From: a virus
Taxonomy: Duplodnaviria; Heunggongvirae; Uroviricota; Caudoviricetes
IMG/VR virus record: IMGVR_UViG_2778261168_000001
Length of the DNA stretch: 27,310 bases
Strand: one strand, 5' to 3'
In this document: positions 25,372 to 27,310 of the stretch, in pieces
Numbering within the stretch: position 1 is the first letter of the stretch
Layout of the letters: each line of letters opens with the position of its first letter
Position numbers and translations under genes: made by a program
The notes under the pieces: model-generated
Told to the model about the DNA's origin: nothing
Databases searched by the model: none
The model's input: only the letters and a program-made list of their open reading frames with translations

Positions 25372-26829
25372 TTAGGAGCGCCAAAAAAAACCTGAAAACA
25401 ATATAATAACAGGATAAATTTCAAGGCGACCAAGAATCATAGCTATGCACATTAAACATTTTGCAATGTCATTAAGCACTCCGAATGACGATGCAGTAGC
25501 CCCAAAACCTAATCCCATATTATTAATACATGCAGCCACTGTTGCAAATGATGTAAGAAAATCATATCCCATACCATTTAACACCAGTATAAAAAACACC
25601 GTGAAGAGAGTATAAAGAAAAAAGAAACTCCATACAGACCTCATTACACGATCTGTAACTATCTTCCCTCCTACATTTACACTCAACAACGCTCTGGGAT
25701 GAGAAAGCTGATTTATCTCGTGTTTGCTTTGTTTGAAAAGTATAAGAAATCGAAGTGACTTAATTCCACCACAAGTTGAACCTATACATCCCCCAAAGAA
25801 ACTTGACAACAGCAAAAACACTATCGTGTGCGTGGGCCAACTTGCATAATCCTGCGTAGCTAAACCATTATCAGTGAGCATGGAGCTGGCAAGAAAAAAC
25901 GAATGAATAAAACTTCCATGCAAGTCATACATACCTATATGCCAGACCTGGAAAGAGGTAACAATGATCACCCCTAAGGCTATTAACAGAAAGAAACGAA
26001 GTTCAATATCTCTGATTAAAGGTTTTATCGTTTTCCTGCTAATAACAATATACCAAAGAGTGAAGTTGAAAGCCGATAGCAGGGAAAAAGAACCAGCCAC
26101 CAGCTCAACCAAATAGTTATTAAAATATCCGATACTCTCGCTATGAGTTGAGAAACCACCAAGCGAAACTGTGGAAATCCCGTGACAAATAGCATCAAAC
26201 AAAGGCATTCCTGCAAGTCTATAACAGACAATACAAGCAATACCTAATAAAGAATAAGTTATCCACAGTGTCCGTGACGTATCGGCCAGGCGGGGAGTGA
26301 GTTTGTCATCCTTAAATGGCCCCGGCATTTCTGACTGATAAAGCTTTGCACCACCAATACCCAATAATGGCAATACAGCAACCGCCAGAACAATAACTCC
26401 TAAACCACCTATAAAATTTAACTGTGACCGATAGTACAAATATGCCCGAGGTAATGAACTAACATCATCAATTACAGTTGCTCCTGTTGTTGTTATTCCA
26501 GAAACCCCTTCAAACAGAGCATCAATGAACGTTAAATTAAGTTCTGAGTCAATCCATAAAGGGAATGCACTAATAACAGAAAACAAAATCCAAAACATTA
26601 CAATTATAATAAACCCATCACGGGTACGTAATTGAATGCCAGATTTCTTAGTTGTATACCACGCTCCGCCACCAATGCAAAAAAATATAACGAAAGTTAT
26701 AAAGAAAACGAACAGGCTTTTTTCTTTATAAAACAATGCTACAACCATTGGTGGCAACATTGAAAGACTATAGAGCCAAACCAGGAACCCACACATATGA
26801 GTAACAACTCTTACATGAGATGTATTCAT
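25372..26829 (-). CDS. trkG: TrkG/TrkH-family potassium uptake transporter (prophage cargo)
   Basis: 485 aa from ATG at 26829 (MNTSHVRVV..); the track's 491-aa version starts at TTG 26847, which has an AAGGTGG SD. Multiple membrane helices with the reiterated glycine-containing pore motifs of TrkH/KtrB (FCIGGGAWY, TTGATV, NFIGGLGV, STVSLGGFS, GGCIGSTCGG, INNMGLGFGAT). Gene is visibly AT-rich. Rz/Rz1-trkG is the Rac prophage arrangement as I recall it. Confidence 0.85.
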   Translation of the reverse strand: MNTSHVRVVTHMCGFLVWLYSLSMLPPMVVALFYKEKSLFVFFITFVIFFCIGGGAWYTTKKSGIQLRTRDGFIIIVMFWILFSVISAFPLWIDSELNLTFIDALFEGVSGITTTGATVIDDVSSLPRAYLYYRSQLNFIGGLGVIVLAVAVLPLLGIGGAKLYQSEMPGPFKDDKLTPRLADTSRTLWITYSLLGIACIVCYRLAGMPLFDAICHGISTVSLGGFSTHSESIGYFNNYLVELVAGSFSLLSAFNFTLWYIVISRKTIKPLIRDIELRFFLLIALGVIIVTSFQVWHIGMYDLHGSFIHSFFLASSMLTDNGLATQDYASWPTHTIVFLLLSSFFGGCIGSTCGGIKSLRFLILFKQSKHEINQLSHPRALLSVNVGGKIVTDRVMRSVWSFFFLYTLFTVFFILVLNGMGYDFLTSFATVAACINNMGLGFGATASSFGVLNDIAKCLMCIAMILGRLEIYPVIILFSGFFWRS

Positions 26830-26846
26830 ATCTAAATATTCTTTCA

Positions 26847-26900
26847 ATTATAACCACCTTGCTGCAATATTATGATTATACTGTATAAAATTTAACTCCT
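26847..26900 (-). promoter_or_regulatory. AT-rich upstream region of trkG with two perfect TATAAT hexamers (candidate promoter)
   Basis: Minus-strand TATAAT at 26880..26875 and 26852..26847; no convincing -35 found. Confidence 0.25.
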
Positions 26901-26966
26901 CTTAGATCTTACTTCACTGTTCCTTATGAAACAATCATCAAAATGAATCATATTGTAGTTAAGATT

Positions 26967-27263
26967 TTACTTTAAACACTGCTCGGTTATGTATTGCTGA
27001 GCACCTTCAAGTTGGGCCTGCATCATTACCAGTCGTTCCCGGAGGGTGAAATAATCCCGTTCAGCGGTGTCTGCCAGTCGGGGGGAGGCTGCATTATCCA
27101 CGCCGGAGGCGGTGGTGGCTTCACGCACTGACTGACAGACTGCTTTGATGTGCAACCGACGACGACCAGCGGCAACATCATCACGCAGAGCATCATTTTC
27201 AGCTTTCGCATCAGCTAACTCCTTCGTGTATTTTGATCCTACCCACGTAATATGGACACAGGC
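26967..27263 (-). pseudogene. rzpR: Rz-like i-spanin gene fragment (C-terminal part only; N-terminal membrane anchor missing)
   Basis: Translation ...KYTKELADAKAENDALRDDVAAGRRRLHIKAVCQSVREATTASGVDNAASPRLADTAERDYFTLRERLVMMQAQLEGAQQYITEQC matches the lambda Rz C-terminal two-thirds as recalled. The frame hits an in-frame TAG at 27266..27264, and the residues upstream of KYTKEL diverge from Rz. Confidence 0.55.
27026..27211 (-). CDS. rzoR: Rz1-like o-spanin outer-membrane lipoprotein
   Basis: 61 aa, ATG at 27211: MRKLKMMLCVMMLPLVVVGCTSKQ... with lipobox LVVVGC and a proline-rich segment (KPPPPPAWIMQPPPDWQTP), embedded in the +1 frame of the Rz-like ORF. Near-identical to lambda Rz1 as recalled. 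Confidence 0.8.
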   Translation of the reverse strand: MRKLKMMLCVMMLPLVVVGCTSKQSVSQCVKPPPPPAWIMQPPPDWQTPLNGIISPSGNDW

Positions 27264-27310
27264 CTAAGCGAGGTTCTTGTTTTCAAATTGTTCCGGACTG
27301 AGGCCGCCAC

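Larger units (their letters stand above)
1..27310 (-). mobile_element. Prophage late region: lysis remnant, cargo, DNA packaging, head, contractile tail and tail-fibre genes (mosaic of lambdoid/Rac-like and Mu/P2-like modules)
   Basis: Uninterrupted minus-strand array of tightly packed, often stop/start-overlapping genes in canonical order terminase-portal-capsid-sheath-tube-tape measure-baseplate-fibre, plus Rz/Rz1 and trkG. Window edges are not prophage boundaries. Confidence 0.85.

Noticed and set aside
26829-26847. Longer TrkG N-terminus (MKEYLD...) from the track
   Set aside because: First codon is TTG. The ATG at 26829 gives the 485-aa length I recall for TrkG, although the TTG has the better SD, so this is left as an open alternative rather than firmly rejected.
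26967-27310. Intact Rz spanin gene running off the window edge
   Set aside because: Tracing the frame upstream hits an in-frame TAG at 27266..27264 and the sequence diverges from Rz before that point, so I call it a truncated fragment rather than a full gene continuing outside the window.
1-27310. tRNA, rRNA or CRISPR loci, or an integrase/attachment site
   Set aside because: No cloverleaf-like conserved tRNA segments, no regularly spaced direct repeats with unique spacers, and no recombinase gene noticed. The window appears to be internal to the prophage late region.

Overview
The window is almost entirely the late region of an enterobacterial prophage, with every supported gene on the minus strand. 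Read along the minus strand (high to low coordinates) it contains: an N-terminally truncated Rz-like spanin fragment with an intact embedded Rz1 lipoprotein gene; an AT-rich TrkG/TrkH-family K+ transporter cargo gene (the arrangement recalled for the E. coli Rac prophage); a ParB-like nuclease-domain protein and a soluble GT-A-like glycosyltransferase-fold protein; a small HTH protein, a terminase small-subunit candidate and the terminase large subunit; portal, head-morphogenesis, protease/scaffold-like and major capsid genes; neck genes; a contractile-tail module (sheath, tube, frameshifted chaperone pair, tape measure, baseplate hub, spike, W-like, J-like, I-like); a tail fibre with its assembly chaperone; and the start of a second, lambda Stf-like fibre. 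The main accessory signal is a visibly AT-rich single-gene moron (4281..5441) inserted between baseplate genes, with its own promoter-like elements and a bidirectional terminator; it encodes a protein whose N-terminus carries an HsdR-N-like PD-(D/E)xK nuclease motif set and is a candidate uncharacterised phage-exclusion gene. All family assignments come from reading the translations and from recalled protein sequences; no database search or composition calculation was run. The supplied ORF track reports TTG/GTG starts as M, so several starts were re-derived from ATG position, RBS and stop/start coupling.
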